From Cyanobacteria bacterium P01_A01_bin.123 (GTDB taxonomy: Bacteria; Cyanobacteriota; Cyanobacteriia; Phormidesmidales; Phormidesmidaceae): a DNA stretch of 64,000 nt. The translations under genes and the position numbers were made by a program. The stretch is from the NCBI GenBank assembly GCA_039815185.1, contig JBCBZT010000007.1, positions 64,001-128,000 of the forward strand. The letters run 5' to 3'. Each line of letters begins with the position of its first letter. Positions within the stretch are counted from its first letter, which is position 1. Under the pieces are notes generated by a model that saw only the letters and a program-made list of their open reading frames with translations, had not been told where the DNA came from and made no database searches. Positions 18,685 through 28,317 of this stretch are shown here, piece after piece.

Positions 18685-18985
18685 ATTACATAAGTGACTA
18701 GTCCTAGATTGCCAATAAACTGGTTTCCGGCTGGGAGTAGTCGACGAAAATTGAGTATTTATAGCGATGGCCAAATTGCTTAATGCACTGAGGATCGCCA
18801 GGATGCTGAGTCCACAGGCAATCTGACTCGCGTTAGTGCACAAAGCTTTGTGGCTACCGCCATCGCAAAAGAAGCCCAGTTTCTACGGTAGGATTGTGCT
18901 CAACAAAAACTGACTGCACCACCGGAGTAGTGCAGCCAAGGAGAGAAATATATAGAAGAGTGGGACAGTGCCCCAAACTCTTGAC

Positions 18986-19651
18986 TTAAAAATTATTCGG
19001 ATTCAAGGGGCGACCCGGTGCGCTATTCAACTGTGTTGCAGTGCCGCCGTCCTCTGGTGCCAAAAACGGCTTCAAGTTAATCCCATTCGATTGTTGACTG
19101 CCGCCAATCCCGCCTGAATCCAACACACCGCCGATTTGATCCAGAATGCTGCCACCCCCTCCAGTGAATGTGGTGACGCCCTCTGTAGCTTGCCCTTCAT
19201 CTGCTAAGGCCAGGTTTTCAAACACTTGGTCGCGGGTCGCGACGGGGTCTTGACCTTGGGGTACGGTGAAAACAATTTGGCAAGTGTTATTGGCTTCGGT
19301 AATCACACAAACGGTATTGTAGCCGTTCTCAATGCCGGTGCGCATTTCCACTAAACCTTGAGGTCGGTAGAGTTCTAGCCGTTCACTAATGGTGTTGCAG
19401 CGGCGTTCAGCAGGCCAGTTGGCACCCATATCGTCTGGCACTGCCCAGGGATAAGCTTGGCCAGGCTGGCTTTGGGGTAGATACACCACCGTGTATTCGC
19501 CATTTTGCACCTGACAGGCAAACCGGGCAGAATCGTCTGTGGGTTCTTCAGTTTGTGCCAAAGCGGGGATCCCCATGCTGGCTAGGCAACCCGCGAGCAA
19601 AACGCCGCTGCTAAAGCGAAATAGCCCCTGATTGCGTTGTGTTGCGCTCAT
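18986..19651 (-). CDS. COP23 domain secreted protein
   Basis: Signal peptide (ALA-Q); RFAC...W..ERRCNTISERL...G.ENGYNTVC pattern. Confidence 0.8.
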   Translation of the reverse strand: MSATQRNQGLFRFSSGVLLAGCLASMGIPALAQTEEPTDDSARFACQVQNGEYTVVYLPQSQPGQAYPWAVPDDMGANWPAERRCNTISERLELYRPQGLVEMRTGIENGYNTVCVITEANNTCQIVFTVPQGQDPVATRDQVFENLALADEGQATEGVTTFTGGGGSILDQIGGVLDSGGIGGSQQSNGINLKPFLAPEDGGTATQLNSAPGRPLNPNNF

Positions 19652-19840
19652 TTCTCCACTGCTCCCGATTGTTAGTCTGTGTGTGATTAATTTGTAATTC
19701 TAGGGTAACGATTTCATTTAGCGACTCATTGCGGCCAAATGAACTCATATAGAGCTGTAGACGGCGATCGCGGCGGTTTTGTTCACGCGCTCTCAAATAA
19801 TAAAAAGGGCCTTCAAATAATCAGAAAGACCCCAAAACAA

Positions 19841-19872
19841 CAAAGAGGGACTCAAGCTTGAGTCCCTCTTTG
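19841..19872 (-). terminator. Perfect palindrome downstream of tRNA-fMet, probable terminator
   Basis: CAAAGAGGGACTCAAG/CTTGAGTCCCTCTTTG, followed on the minus strand by TTGTTTT. Confidence 0.65.
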
Positions 19873-19876
19873 ACTA

Positions 19877-19953
<77 letters not shown>

Positions 19954-20014
19954 TCATTTGCTTATCCACTATAACGAAAGAGTTGCAATTTCAGCAACGT
20001 TAATTACCAATTTT

Positions 20015-20965
20015 CTAAAATAAAGATAATTCTCCGACAACGTCTAGGCGCTTAAAGCTGCTCAACACCATATATGTCTCGGCTAGGGTCTCAGAAATTT
20101 CTGGGGAAATCCAACCCAGCTGCTTCAATAGATAAACTGCCAGGGCATACTTGGCTCGTTTCGCGCCGTCTAATACCTTAATGGCTAGGCCCAGATCTTC
20201 CCCGACCTTGCCAATACACTGGATCCCTTCCGCTCCCGATTTGCTGATAATTGCCCCTCCGGTCAGCTGCATCAAATCGGTGTCAAAGGCGTCCTGTCCG
20301 GCTACCATGGCAGGATAGCTCGTCATCGCGCGGACAATTCTTTCCATGGCTAGGTTGTTACCGGAGGCAAGCTTAGCAAACAGGCTGGCCATTTGCGCTA
20401 GCTGCATGTAGTAGGTGGGAGCCCCACAATCATCATGGGCGCAGATAAATTCATCTGCAGGCATGCCCAGGAGCTCTGATATCTTATTCAAGATCAACTG
20501 CTGGACTGGGTGGCTACGTTCGAGGTAAGTGCCTAGAGGCCAGTTTTGCTGGCGGCAGGCAGCTAACATGCCGGCGTGTTTACCGGAGCAGTTATGCTGT
20601 AACGCACTTTGTTTATCCCCTGCGGCAGGGCACTGCAACATTTCTGGCTCGATGTCAGCACGCCATAAAATGTGAAACACCTGGCGCACTTGTTCCATGT
20701 TGCCTCGGTGAGAGCTACAGATAATGGCTAGATCGCGATCATCGAGATCAAAACGTTCTAGCGTCCCTGTCGCTATAATCGCGAGAGCTTGAAAAGGCTT
20801 TAGGGCAGAGCGCATAAACGTGCCTGTCTCTGGGTTGCCTGCTACCGACAATACCCGTCCTCGACTATCACAAATGACTGCTTCAGCATGGTGGGTTGAT
20901 TCAACAACGCCCTCGCGCAACAGTTGAATCCGAATGTCTGTTTGAGTTCGCTTTGCCTTGGTCAT
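20015..20965 (-). CDS. L-asparaginase II family protein
   Basis: RSALKPFQA, HNCSGKHAGML, DDCGAP, SKSGAEG, AIKVLDG. Confidence 0.9.
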   Translation of the reverse strand: MTKAKRTQTDIRIQLLREGVVESTHHAEAVICDSRGRVLSVAGNPETGTFMRSALKPFQALAIIATGTLERFDLDDRDLAIICSSHRGNMEQVRQVFHILWRADIEPEMLQCPAAGDKQSALQHNCSGKHAGMLAACRQQNWPLGTYLERSHPVQQLILNKISELLGMPADEFICAHDDCGAPTYYMQLAQMASLFAKLASGNNLAMERIVRAMTSYPAMVAGQDAFDTDLMQLTGGAIISKSGAEGIQCIGKVGEDLGLAIKVLDGAKRAKYALAVYLLKQLGWISPEISETLAETYMVLSSFKRLDVVGELSLF

Positions 20966-21067
20966 AGTTAGCCTTGATTATCGCTAAAACTGTGACATAA
21001 CTATGGGTTGAGTGCAAGCAATACCAATGACTTAGATGAACTGGTGAGCGTCTCTAGGTGTTAGGGG

Positions 21068-21565
21068 TTATATCAATTGCCAAAGGAGACTCTCAACTAA
21101 CAAAACGCTGGCAATTGTGGCAAAGCTGATATGGATCCGGTTGAGAATGGGCTTCACCTCGTAATCGGTAATCAGGCGATCGCGATCAGCAATGGTTTCT
21201 GGCTTGATCCACACTTGTCCGTCGTACCACCCTGACTCTTCGTAGGGCACGGCGGGTTGGCGTAGGCGATCGCCTACATGTCGCCAGCCTACATAGAGCT
21301 GAGCCAGCGTCAGCAGCGGTAAAACCAATGCCCCGGCGGTTCCAAGCATGACAAACTGTACTGGCCACTTACCCGGTGTGAAATTGACTGATACCACGGG
21401 GCCTACCACCAGCCAACTCAGGCTCCAAAGCACAATCAAGGGTGTGAGATATCCCCGTAGCGGACGGCATCCCCAGCTGTAAAACCACGAGGTTTTCATA
21501 TCCTCGTATTCGTTAATGGGTTGTTGCTCACTGGGTACCGGACACCGAGTCATGGTCATTTTCAT
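21068..21565 (-). CDS. CGLD27 / Ycf36 (DUF1230) family membrane protein
   Basis: CPVPSEQQPINEY, YEESGWYDGQVWIKP. Confidence 0.9.
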   Translation of the reverse strand: MKMTMTRCPVPSEQQPINEYEDMKTSWFYSWGCRPLRGYLTPLIVLWSLSWLVVGPVVSVNFTPGKWPVQFVMLGTAGALVLPLLTLAQLYVGWRHVGDRLRQPAVPYEESGWYDGQVWIKPETIADRDRLITDYEVKPILNRIHISFATIASVLLVESLLWQLI

Positions 21566-21592
21566 TGAAAGGTAGCACTAAGTCCTAGGGTT

Positions 21593-22051
21593 TTATTGCT
21601 GGTTTGCCACTGCCGCTGCAGTCAGGTCAAAGTCGACTTCAGTAGCATGACCCCAAAAGGCTTCTAGGTTATAAAAGTCTCGTTCATCGGGCATAAAGAT
21701 GTGGACAATGATCTCGCCATAGTCTTGCAAAATCCAGCTGCCCTCGGCTTGGCCTTCGGTGCGTAGGGGCTGGCGATGCCACTTTTCTTCGAGCGCTACT
21801 TCAATATTGCGGGCAACGGCACGGACTTGGGCACTCGAAAACCCCGTCGCAATCACGAAAAAGTCTGCGATATAAGAGACATCAGAGAGCTGTAAAATCC
21901 GAATATCGTTGGCTTTGCGATCATCTGCTGCGATCGCAGCGTCGATAGCCATACGTTTCGCTGCCGCTAAATCGTCACTTTCCATTGCAGTTTGGTCTGT
22001 CAGGGATGACGGCGTGGTTTGTTCGGCAGTCAAATTAATCGGATCACTCAT
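21593..22051 (-). CDS. rsfS: Ribosome silencing factor RsfS (Iojap)
   Basis: DRKANDI, ADFFVIATG, WILQDYGEIIVHIF, RDFYNLEAFW. Confidence 0.93.
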   Translation of the reverse strand: MSDPINLTAEQTTPSSLTDQTAMESDDLAAAKRMAIDAAIAADDRKANDIRILQLSDVSYIADFFVIATGFSSAQVRAVARNIEVALEEKWHRQPLRTEGQAEGSWILQDYGEIIVHIFMPDERDFYNLEAFWGHATEVDFDLTAAAVANQQ

Positions 22052-22316
22052 TAGGCAGCTTATATCCTGAATGACGGCATTAATACACTTCTCTTGTCAC
22101 GATAGCGCTAACTTTCAATCAGCGTCGGTCGGGTTGAGAAAATTTCATGGACTTAAAGCCGAAAAGCTCGTATGGCAAAGCTTCTAGAAGTTTTTAGATT
22201 TGCATATTTTGTCGTCGTGTTGATCCCCGCTCCGATTGTGGCGCTGAAATCCCAAAAATTAGCTATCCTTCGAGTAACTTTTTGAGTGCTTGTCTGAGTT
22301 TGGGCCGTAAGGGGTA

Positions 22317-22697
22317 ATGCTAAGGCTTTGGGTTGTTTGTTTTGTGCTGCTGTTCGGATGTGCTGAGGGGTATCAGTGGGTATCTCAACTGCACTGGTTT
22401 AGTGAGGTTAGCTTGTCGCTACCGCTAGTAATTGCGGGGGGGATGGCCTTAGCGATCGCGTCTAACCACACTCACTTTCTCGGATTAGCGGTCAAAGGAA
22501 TGCGCGATCGCACGTTTCAACCTGATCTATCTACTGCATCTCCTAGCGCTGCCGATAATGCCAAAACATCCCCATCGGCGATGCAATGCACAAAGCCGTT
22601 GTCATTTCAAATTAATCGGCTGCAACCTAAGTCTGCTTCAATCTCATTCAATATTCTGCACCCCAAGTCACAGCGATCAGATTCTGAATCTAAGTAG
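22317..22697 (+). CDS. Hypothetical membrane protein
   Basis: Two hydrophobic segments ending GGMALAIASN; GGGG upstream of the ATG. Confidence 0.65.
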   Translation: MLRLWVVCFVLLFGCAEGYQWVSQLHWFSEVSLSLPLVIAGGMALAIASNHTHFLGLAVKGMRDRTFQPDLSTASPSAADNAKTSPSAMQCTKPLSFQINRLQPKSASISFNILHPKSQRSDSESK

Positions 22698-22771
22698 AGA
22701 TACTGACTTTAAGCACACTTTATTGATAGCTGTAGAGTTCATTGACTATTACGCAGCCTGCTTGGTTAACG

Positions 22772-23308
22772 TTATGGTTTGAGCAACTCGACAGCATCGC
22801 GACCATCGGGATCGCTGAGATACACTTTCACGATTTCTTCTTTTGCAGTGGGCACCTGCTTACCCGTAAAGTCAGGATGGATGGGCAGCTCTCGATGCCC
22901 GCGATCGATTAATACCGCTAGTTGAATCAACTCCGGACGGCCATAGTCGGTCACAGCATTTAGGGCAGCGCGAATAGTGCGTCCACTAAAGATCACATCG
23001 TCAACGAGCACCACTATTTTGTCATTCAAATCAAAGGGAATTTGGGTTTTTGCCGGAGTTCGAACCCCAATTTTGTCGAGGTCATCGCGGTAGAAGGTAA
23101 TGTCGATTGCGCCTGTAGGCACCTGAATCGATTCAAGCCATTCGATCTGCTGAGCCAAATTTAGAGCTAAAGGAACGCCCCGTGTATGAATGCCCAATAA
23201 CACCAGTTTTTCAAGACTGCTAGAGCGTTCAACCACTTCCGAGGCTAAACGGTTGAGGGTACGTCGCAGTTCATCGGACGACAGCAGTTCAACAACTTCT
23301 GATGACAT
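22772..23308 (-). CDS. pyrR: Bifunctional PyrR / uracil phosphoribosyltransferase
   Basis: [41 protein letters not shown]. Confidence 0.95.
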   Translation of the reverse strand: MSSEVVELLSSDELRRTLNRLASEVVERSSSLEKLVLLGIHTRGVPLALNLAQQIEWLESIQVPTGAIDITFYRDDLDKIGVRTPAKTQIPFDLNDKIVVLVDDVIFSGRTIRAALNAVTDYGRPELIQLAVLIDRGHRELPIHPDFTGKQVPTAKEEIVKVYLSDPDGRDAVELLKP

Positions 23309-23340
23309 AGGTCAGCGTTTCTGGATGGGGCCAAGGTTTA

Positions 23341-24324
23341 TCAAGAGGCGTAGGCTAAGAATCCCAATCCTACAAGACCTAGCGCCAGCCATAAACCGTA
23401 AACCTGCCGGGTAAGTGTCATGGCTTGTCGAATGATGTCGGGGGTAATGGGATGTCGCGAATCGGCTAAGAGGGGTTTTATTTTAATCACCCCGCCATAG
23501 CGATTAACGCCGCCGAGTTGTACGCCCAATACGGCTGCATAGGCACATTCACTCCAGCCTGCGTTGGGGCTTGGATCCGCTATCGCGTCTCGACGACACA
23601 CCCGCAATACCGGCCTAGGTCTACCGGATAGGAGGGCTAGGGTCAGCACACTAAGGCGGCAGGGCAACCAGGTTAACCCGTCTTCTAGACGAGCACTAAA
23701 CCACCCAAGATAGGTGTAAGGCGCATCTCGATAGCCCACCATTGAGTCTAGGGTACTGGCTGCTTTGTAGGACAGGGCTAGGGGAACGCTACCTACTCCA
23801 GAGAGGATGGCTCCAAGCAGTGCATAAAACAAGGGAGCTAACACGCCATCCACTGCATTCTCACTGATAGTTTCCATGATGGCGCGGTAAATGTCGGGGG
23901 TGGACAAATCTTGGGTATCGCGACCGACGTAACGACTGAGCGTGTCACGGGCGATCGCGATTTTGCCATCGGCTAAGGGGGCTAGCACGGCCTCGGCGGC
24001 TTGGCGTAAACTCCGTCCTGCCAAGCAGCTGGCTAACATAATCACCTGGATTCCGATGCCCAGCCAGGGATGGATTAGTGTGGCACCGTATATCAGAATC
24101 CATCCGATGCCCCCACTGCCGAGGATCAGCCCTAAACCCAACCCAATCCCCGCTATCCGTTGGCTATGGGGTGTCTGGAAGTGCTTTAAAGCCCACTGGC
24201 TGTAACGGGCGATCGCAGCCCCCATTACCTGCACAGGATGTAACCATCCCCATGGGTCGCCCAGCAGATAATCTAAACTGCTGGCTACCACCAGCACAAT
24301 TGTGGCCGCAAGCGTATGATTCAA
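23341..24324 (-). CDS. cbiB: Adenosylcobinamide-phosphate synthase CbiB
   Basis: GDPWGWLHPV, YVGRDT, SENAVDG, YKAASTLDSMVGY, SPNAGWSE. Confidence 0.93.
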   Translation of the reverse strand: MNHTLAATIVLVVASSLDYLLGDPWGWLHPVQVMGAAIARYSQWALKHFQTPHSQRIAGIGLGLGLILGSGGIGWILIYGATLIHPWLGIGIQVIMLASCLAGRSLRQAAEAVLAPLADGKIAIARDTLSRYVGRDTQDLSTPDIYRAIMETISENAVDGVLAPLFYALLGAILSGVGSVPLALSYKAASTLDSMVGYRDAPYTYLGWFSARLEDGLTWLPCRLSVLTLALLSGRPRPVLRVCRRDAIADPSPNAGWSECAYAAVLGVQLGGVNRYGGVIKIKPLLADSRHPITPDIIRQAMTLTRQVYGLWLALGLVGLGFLAYAS

Positions 24325-24336
24325 GCTGATGTTTCC

Positions 24337-24780
24337 TCAAACCACGAAACTGGCATCTTCACCTTGGGCTGCTTGCCAACTGCGGGCATCGTAGTAGAGA
24401 TCTTCTAAGGAAATGTTGTAAAGCGCTTCCTTGAGCTTTTGGTGCAGGCGATGCCACAGGGTAAAGGTGACCCAGTCTTCAGCATGGCCGTGATCTGCCT
24501 GGTGTCGTGGTAAAGGATCGAGGGTTTCACCCACTGCTTCCAGGATTTGCCCGAGTGAAATTTGTGCGGGTAATCGTGCCAGCTGATAGCCACCGTGAGC
24601 CCCTCGCACTGAGATCACCAACCCGGCTCGACGGAGTTCAATCAACAATTTTTCGAGATAGGGGGCGGGCAAATCTTGTCGCTGTGCGATCGCACTCACC
24701 GAAGCTAAACAACCTTGGGGTTGCAAACTCAAATCGAGTAGCGCTTTAACACTGTAATGGCCACGAGTCGTTAGCTTCAT
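24337..24780 (-). CDS. Rrf2 family transcriptional regulator
   Basis: MKLTTRGHYSVKALLDL, YLEKLL..LRRAGLV.SVRGAHGGYQL. Lacks the IscR Cys triad. Confidence 0.92.
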   Translation of the reverse strand: MKLTTRGHYSVKALLDLSLQPQGCLASVSAIAQRQDLPAPYLEKLLIELRRAGLVISVRGAHGGYQLARLPAQISLGQILEAVGETLDPLPRHQADHGHAEDWVTFTLWHRLHQKLKEALYNISLEDLYYDARSWQAAQGEDASFVV

Positions 24781-25372
24781 GAGCTTTATTGTCGAGCAGA
24801 TGACTGTCACCACACCCTAACATCGTCACTTTCAAGATACCGCGTTGACGACAACGGTTATTTAACAAGCAGCCGCCTGATCAAACTAAAAGCAATCACT
24901 TGAAAATGGTTTGATGCCTTGGCGTCAAATCGCGCAATTCACCTAGATGCTGATTGATCACGGGGGTTGCTTCCAGACTAAACGCATCAACTTGGCGTTA
25001 GCTAAATTCTCTCCACATCCCCAGCTGAAGTTTTGTGTCAGCAAAACTCCTCATCATGAGCTGGCAGCGGTTTATGTGGAGAGCATGACACCTCAACAAT
25101 GGGTGTTGCCCCTCATTGCCCCATCATAATTAGGTATGCCAAGCCTTCAGATGCTGACAACACACCCTGCGATTAGATATTGATCAATCCTGCCAAGAAC
25201 TGGGGATCAACAGTCTCTAAGTCATTCAGAAAATTCCGCAAAAAAATGTCAAAATCGATTTGCGTGTAGTATCATTCAGCTGGTCAAGATAACCGTTAGG
25301 ATAGATAGGCCGGTGTGCGAAAGATCTAGCACGTCATTAATTCCCTGTTGTAGATTTTAGAGATTGAAGCTA

Positions 25373-25780
25373 ATGGCTAGTGAAACCCAGTTAGAGGCCT
25401 TAACAGGCAAGGCACTGCTTAAGAAAGTTAAGGATTTAGAGCATCTTAGCAAAGAGGAAAAGGCAAAAGCATGTGGCTACTACACCGTTACTAAAAGCGG
25501 TGTTGCAAGAGTCAACATGATGAAATTCCTCAATGCCCTCATTGATGCGGAAGGCATTCAACTCGACAGTACCCAAAGTACAAACGGTCGTGGGGGGCGC
25601 AGTGCGAGTTACCGAATCACCGTGCAGTCGAATGGCAATTTACTGATTGGGTCTGCTTACACAAAGCAGATGGGTCTACAGCCCGGTGATGAGTTTGAAA
25701 TTTCTTTGGGCCGCAAACATATCCGTCTAAAGCAACTGACTGATGGTCTAGAAGACGAGGATGGAGAAGACGAAGATTAG
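25373..25780 (+). CDS. Cyanobacterial AbrB-like transcriptional regulator (cyAbrB)
   Basis: LTGKALLKKVK, AKACGY, GRSASYRITVQSNGNLLIGSAYT, GDEFEISLGRKHI. Confidence 0.93.
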   Translation: MASETQLEALTGKALLKKVKDLEHLSKEEKAKACGYYTVTKSGVARVNMMKFLNALIDAEGIQLDSTQSTNGRGGRSASYRITVQSNGNLLIGSAYTKQMGLQPGDEFEISLGRKHIRLKQLTDGLEDEDGEDED

Positions 25781-25884
25781 AGTGTTATCTGGGTTGCGCT
25801 AAATTTAGTTAGGAATAGCCCACTTTGCGACTCCAGGTTCTGCTGCTGGGCTTAGAGAAACTTCAAAAAGGTTACCAATATTCC

Positions 25885-25910
25885 AGGGCACAAACACTGT
25901 GCCCTTTTTT
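25885..25910 (+). terminator. Intrinsic terminator after cyAbrB
   Basis: AGGGCACA-aacac-TGTGCCCT followed by TTTTT. Confidence 0.75.
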
Positions 25911-26499
25911 AGTGGTCTAAAGATTTCAAATTATGCAGATGCCAACAATCAGATGGCGGTATGAAACATAACACTTTTCTAACAGGCGATTCAGCGATGT
26001 GTGCCGCTGCCAGTTGTGGTCAAGGATCTGTTTTCAGGTCTCGGTAGAATATCCATAACGCAGGGGTAGCCATTACCTGCGTTATATTTTTTCTGCAATC
26101 TTAATGAAAATCAATTTTAAGTAAGAGAAGTAAAAGGTAGTATAAGTCTGATCGAAAAACTTTTAATATTTGCTTGATTGTCCTAATTGGTGTTTAGATT
26201 GCCCATTCAATCGGCCTTGAAAAGCCTTGTGTAGACTGGAATCTGCGTTTTTGATGATAAGCGAGCATGAAATTTGACTTGAAAAAGATCTAGAGAGTCT
26301 CCCTATACCGAGTCAGTTCGGGAGCTGGACTTGGACAAGATTGAGCACGCCACCAACTTGATTTTGAAAGGAATGGCTTGCCTCCTTGCCCCCTGACTCG
26401 AATCAAAATGGTTACGACCTGTCAGATTGGGCTTGGACGACGAGACGAGGAGGTAAATGGGATTTTTGTTGAATTCTGCAATTTTAATAGAGGTTTAAA

Positions 26500-26685
26500 G
26501 TGATGTTGAACAATTGCCCCTGCTGTTCTGAGCCCTTGCTACGCCATGCTCGCCACGGTGGTGTTTACTGGTTTTGTTCCCATTGCTGGCAAGAAATGCC
26601 CGATCTACCTGAAGCCTTAGTCGTCCGTCGACAGTATCAGTCTTCTCTGCAAGGTCTCATTCGCGCTATGTCTGGGGTGACTTAG
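26500..26685 (+). CDS. Small zinc-ribbon protein
   Basis: CPCC...LLRH...YWFCSHCWQEMP gives two CxxC pairs; GAGG upstream. Confidence 0.75.
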   Translation: MMLNNCPCCSEPLLRHARHGGVYWFCSHCWQEMPDLPEALVVRRQYQSSLQGLIRAMSGVT

Positions 26686-26805
26686 GGTTATCAGGATAAG
26701 TTTGATGAAGATGAGCCGTTTTTTTTAAAGCGATCGCGTGAATTAGCCTATCCCTTAGTTTAATAAAGGCGACTTCTTTGAAGACGTAACGAACTAGCTC
26801 AAACT

Positions 26806-28317
26806 ATGGATCTGCCGCTCATTCTCGACCTCGCTTTAGGCTTGGTTCTGACCTATCTAATACTCAGTTTATTAGCCAGTGAAGTTCAAGAAATTCTGAG
26901 TTCTTTGCTGCAATGGCGAGCTGAACACCTAAGACGCTCGATTGAACAACTACTAGAGGGCGATAGTCTAGAAAATACGGAAGCGGCCCAAGCCTTAGCC
27001 GAACGCCTTTACAGTAGTCCTTTAATTAGCAGCCTGAATTATGAGGCGAAGGGCAGTCTTGCCAGTATTCCACGCAAAATCTTCCATGGTATTGGGGCGC
27101 TCTATCGCAGTATTTTTCGGATTCGCAATACCTTTGGTCAAAACACCAGTGGCCCATCCTATATCCCTTCAAAAACCTTTGCGACTGCGCTGCTCGATAG
27201 CCTCAACTTAGGCAAGTTCCAGCAGCTCTTCACCGAAGCGCGATTGAGAAAATTATTTGAAGATCAGATATGGCTGCCCATTAACCATGTGATCAATGAT
27301 TTGCGGGTCAGTAATGCTAACGAGTATCTATTGGCCTCAGAGCTCAAACTGTTTGAGCAGGCCATCGGTCAAACCTATCAGGACTTTAAAGCCCAACGAA
27401 TTACCCTGAGTCAAACGATACAGCTTGCTTTAACAAAACTGGATAGGCTCATTGCGCAAGCGGAAACAGCATTGCCTGCTGATCACCACTTTACCCAAAC
27501 ATGTTTGACACGGCTGACGCATTTACGGGATGGGCTGGCTGCAACTCCACCCGAAATAGAAGCCCTGCTGCAAAAAATTCAACCGACTTTAGCAGAATTG
27601 CTGCAAATCTTAAATCAAGGTAGTGAGCTTTATCAAGAGGCCAAGACCCTGGCCCAACAGGAAGACGGGATAATGAAGTCCCTAATCGAACAATTGGAAA
27701 GTCAAGCCTTGCCCAATAATTTGAAAGAGAATTTGCTGGGTATGGCAGAGCAAACCCAGCGCACTCTCCAAAAGGTTAGGGTCGATGATGCCTTGCTGGG
27801 GTTTGAACAAGAAGTTGAACAGTGGTTCGATAATGCGATGGAGCGAGCTGGTGGTGTGTATAATCGCAATGCAAAAATCGTGGCAATTTTGATCGGGATT
27901 GCGATTGCCTACTCAGTTAATGCGGATACTTTTCATATTGCTAGTCGTCTGACTAATGATCAGACCTTAAGAGTTAGTATTACCCAGGTTGCCAGTCAAA
28001 TCGATACCAGCTCAATTTCAGCAGATGATCCTGAGCAGTTAAAGGAAGCAATGAACGCGGTCACTAGCACCGTTAGTGATGGTCTGGAAGAATTACCCTT
28101 ACCCATTGGCCGTAAACCCCAAAACTTAGCCCAACAAAAGGCTGCGGAAGAAAACTGGCGCTTTCCCGTGCCCAGGCGTGTCTTTGGGTGGCTGGTGACC
28201 GGGGTAGCTATTTCTATGGGTGCTAACTTTTGGTATAGCCTTCTGAAGCGAGTAATTAATGTCCGCACTACGGGGGACGCTCGTGGTGTGAGGAATAGCA
28301 ATGGATCGGGGGGCTAA
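26806..28317 (+). CDS. Hypothetical membrane protein
   Basis: 503-aa ORF with N- and C-terminal TM segments (GWLVTGVAISMGANFW) around a helical core. Confidence 0.8.
   Translation: MDLPLILDLALGLVLTYLILSLLASEVQEILSSLLQWRAEHLRRSIEQLLEGDSLENTEAAQALAERLYSSPLISSLNYEAKGSLASIPRKIFHGIGALYRSIFRIRNTFGQNTSGPSYIPSKTFATALLDSLNLGKFQQLFTEARLRKLFEDQIWLPINHVINDLRVSNANEYLLASELKLFEQAIGQTYQDFKAQRITLSQTIQLALTKLDRLIAQAETALPADHHFTQTCLTRLTHLRDGLAATPPEIEALLQKIQPTLAELLQILNQGSELYQEAKTLAQQEDGIMKSLIEQLESQALPNNLKENLLGMAEQTQRTLQKVRVDDALLGFEQEVEQWFDNAMERAGGVYNRNAKIVAILIGIAIAYSVNADTFHIASRLTNDQTLRVSITQVASQIDTSSISADDPEQLKEAMNAVTSTVSDGLEELPLPIGRKPQNLAQQKAAEENWRFPVPRRVFGWLVTGVAISMGANFWYSLLKRVINVRTTGDARGVRNSNGSGG

Noticed and set aside
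24947..25129. 60-aa ORF between Rrf2 and cyAbrB
   Set aside because: No recognisable motif or ribosome-binding site; it lies in a divergent promoter region.
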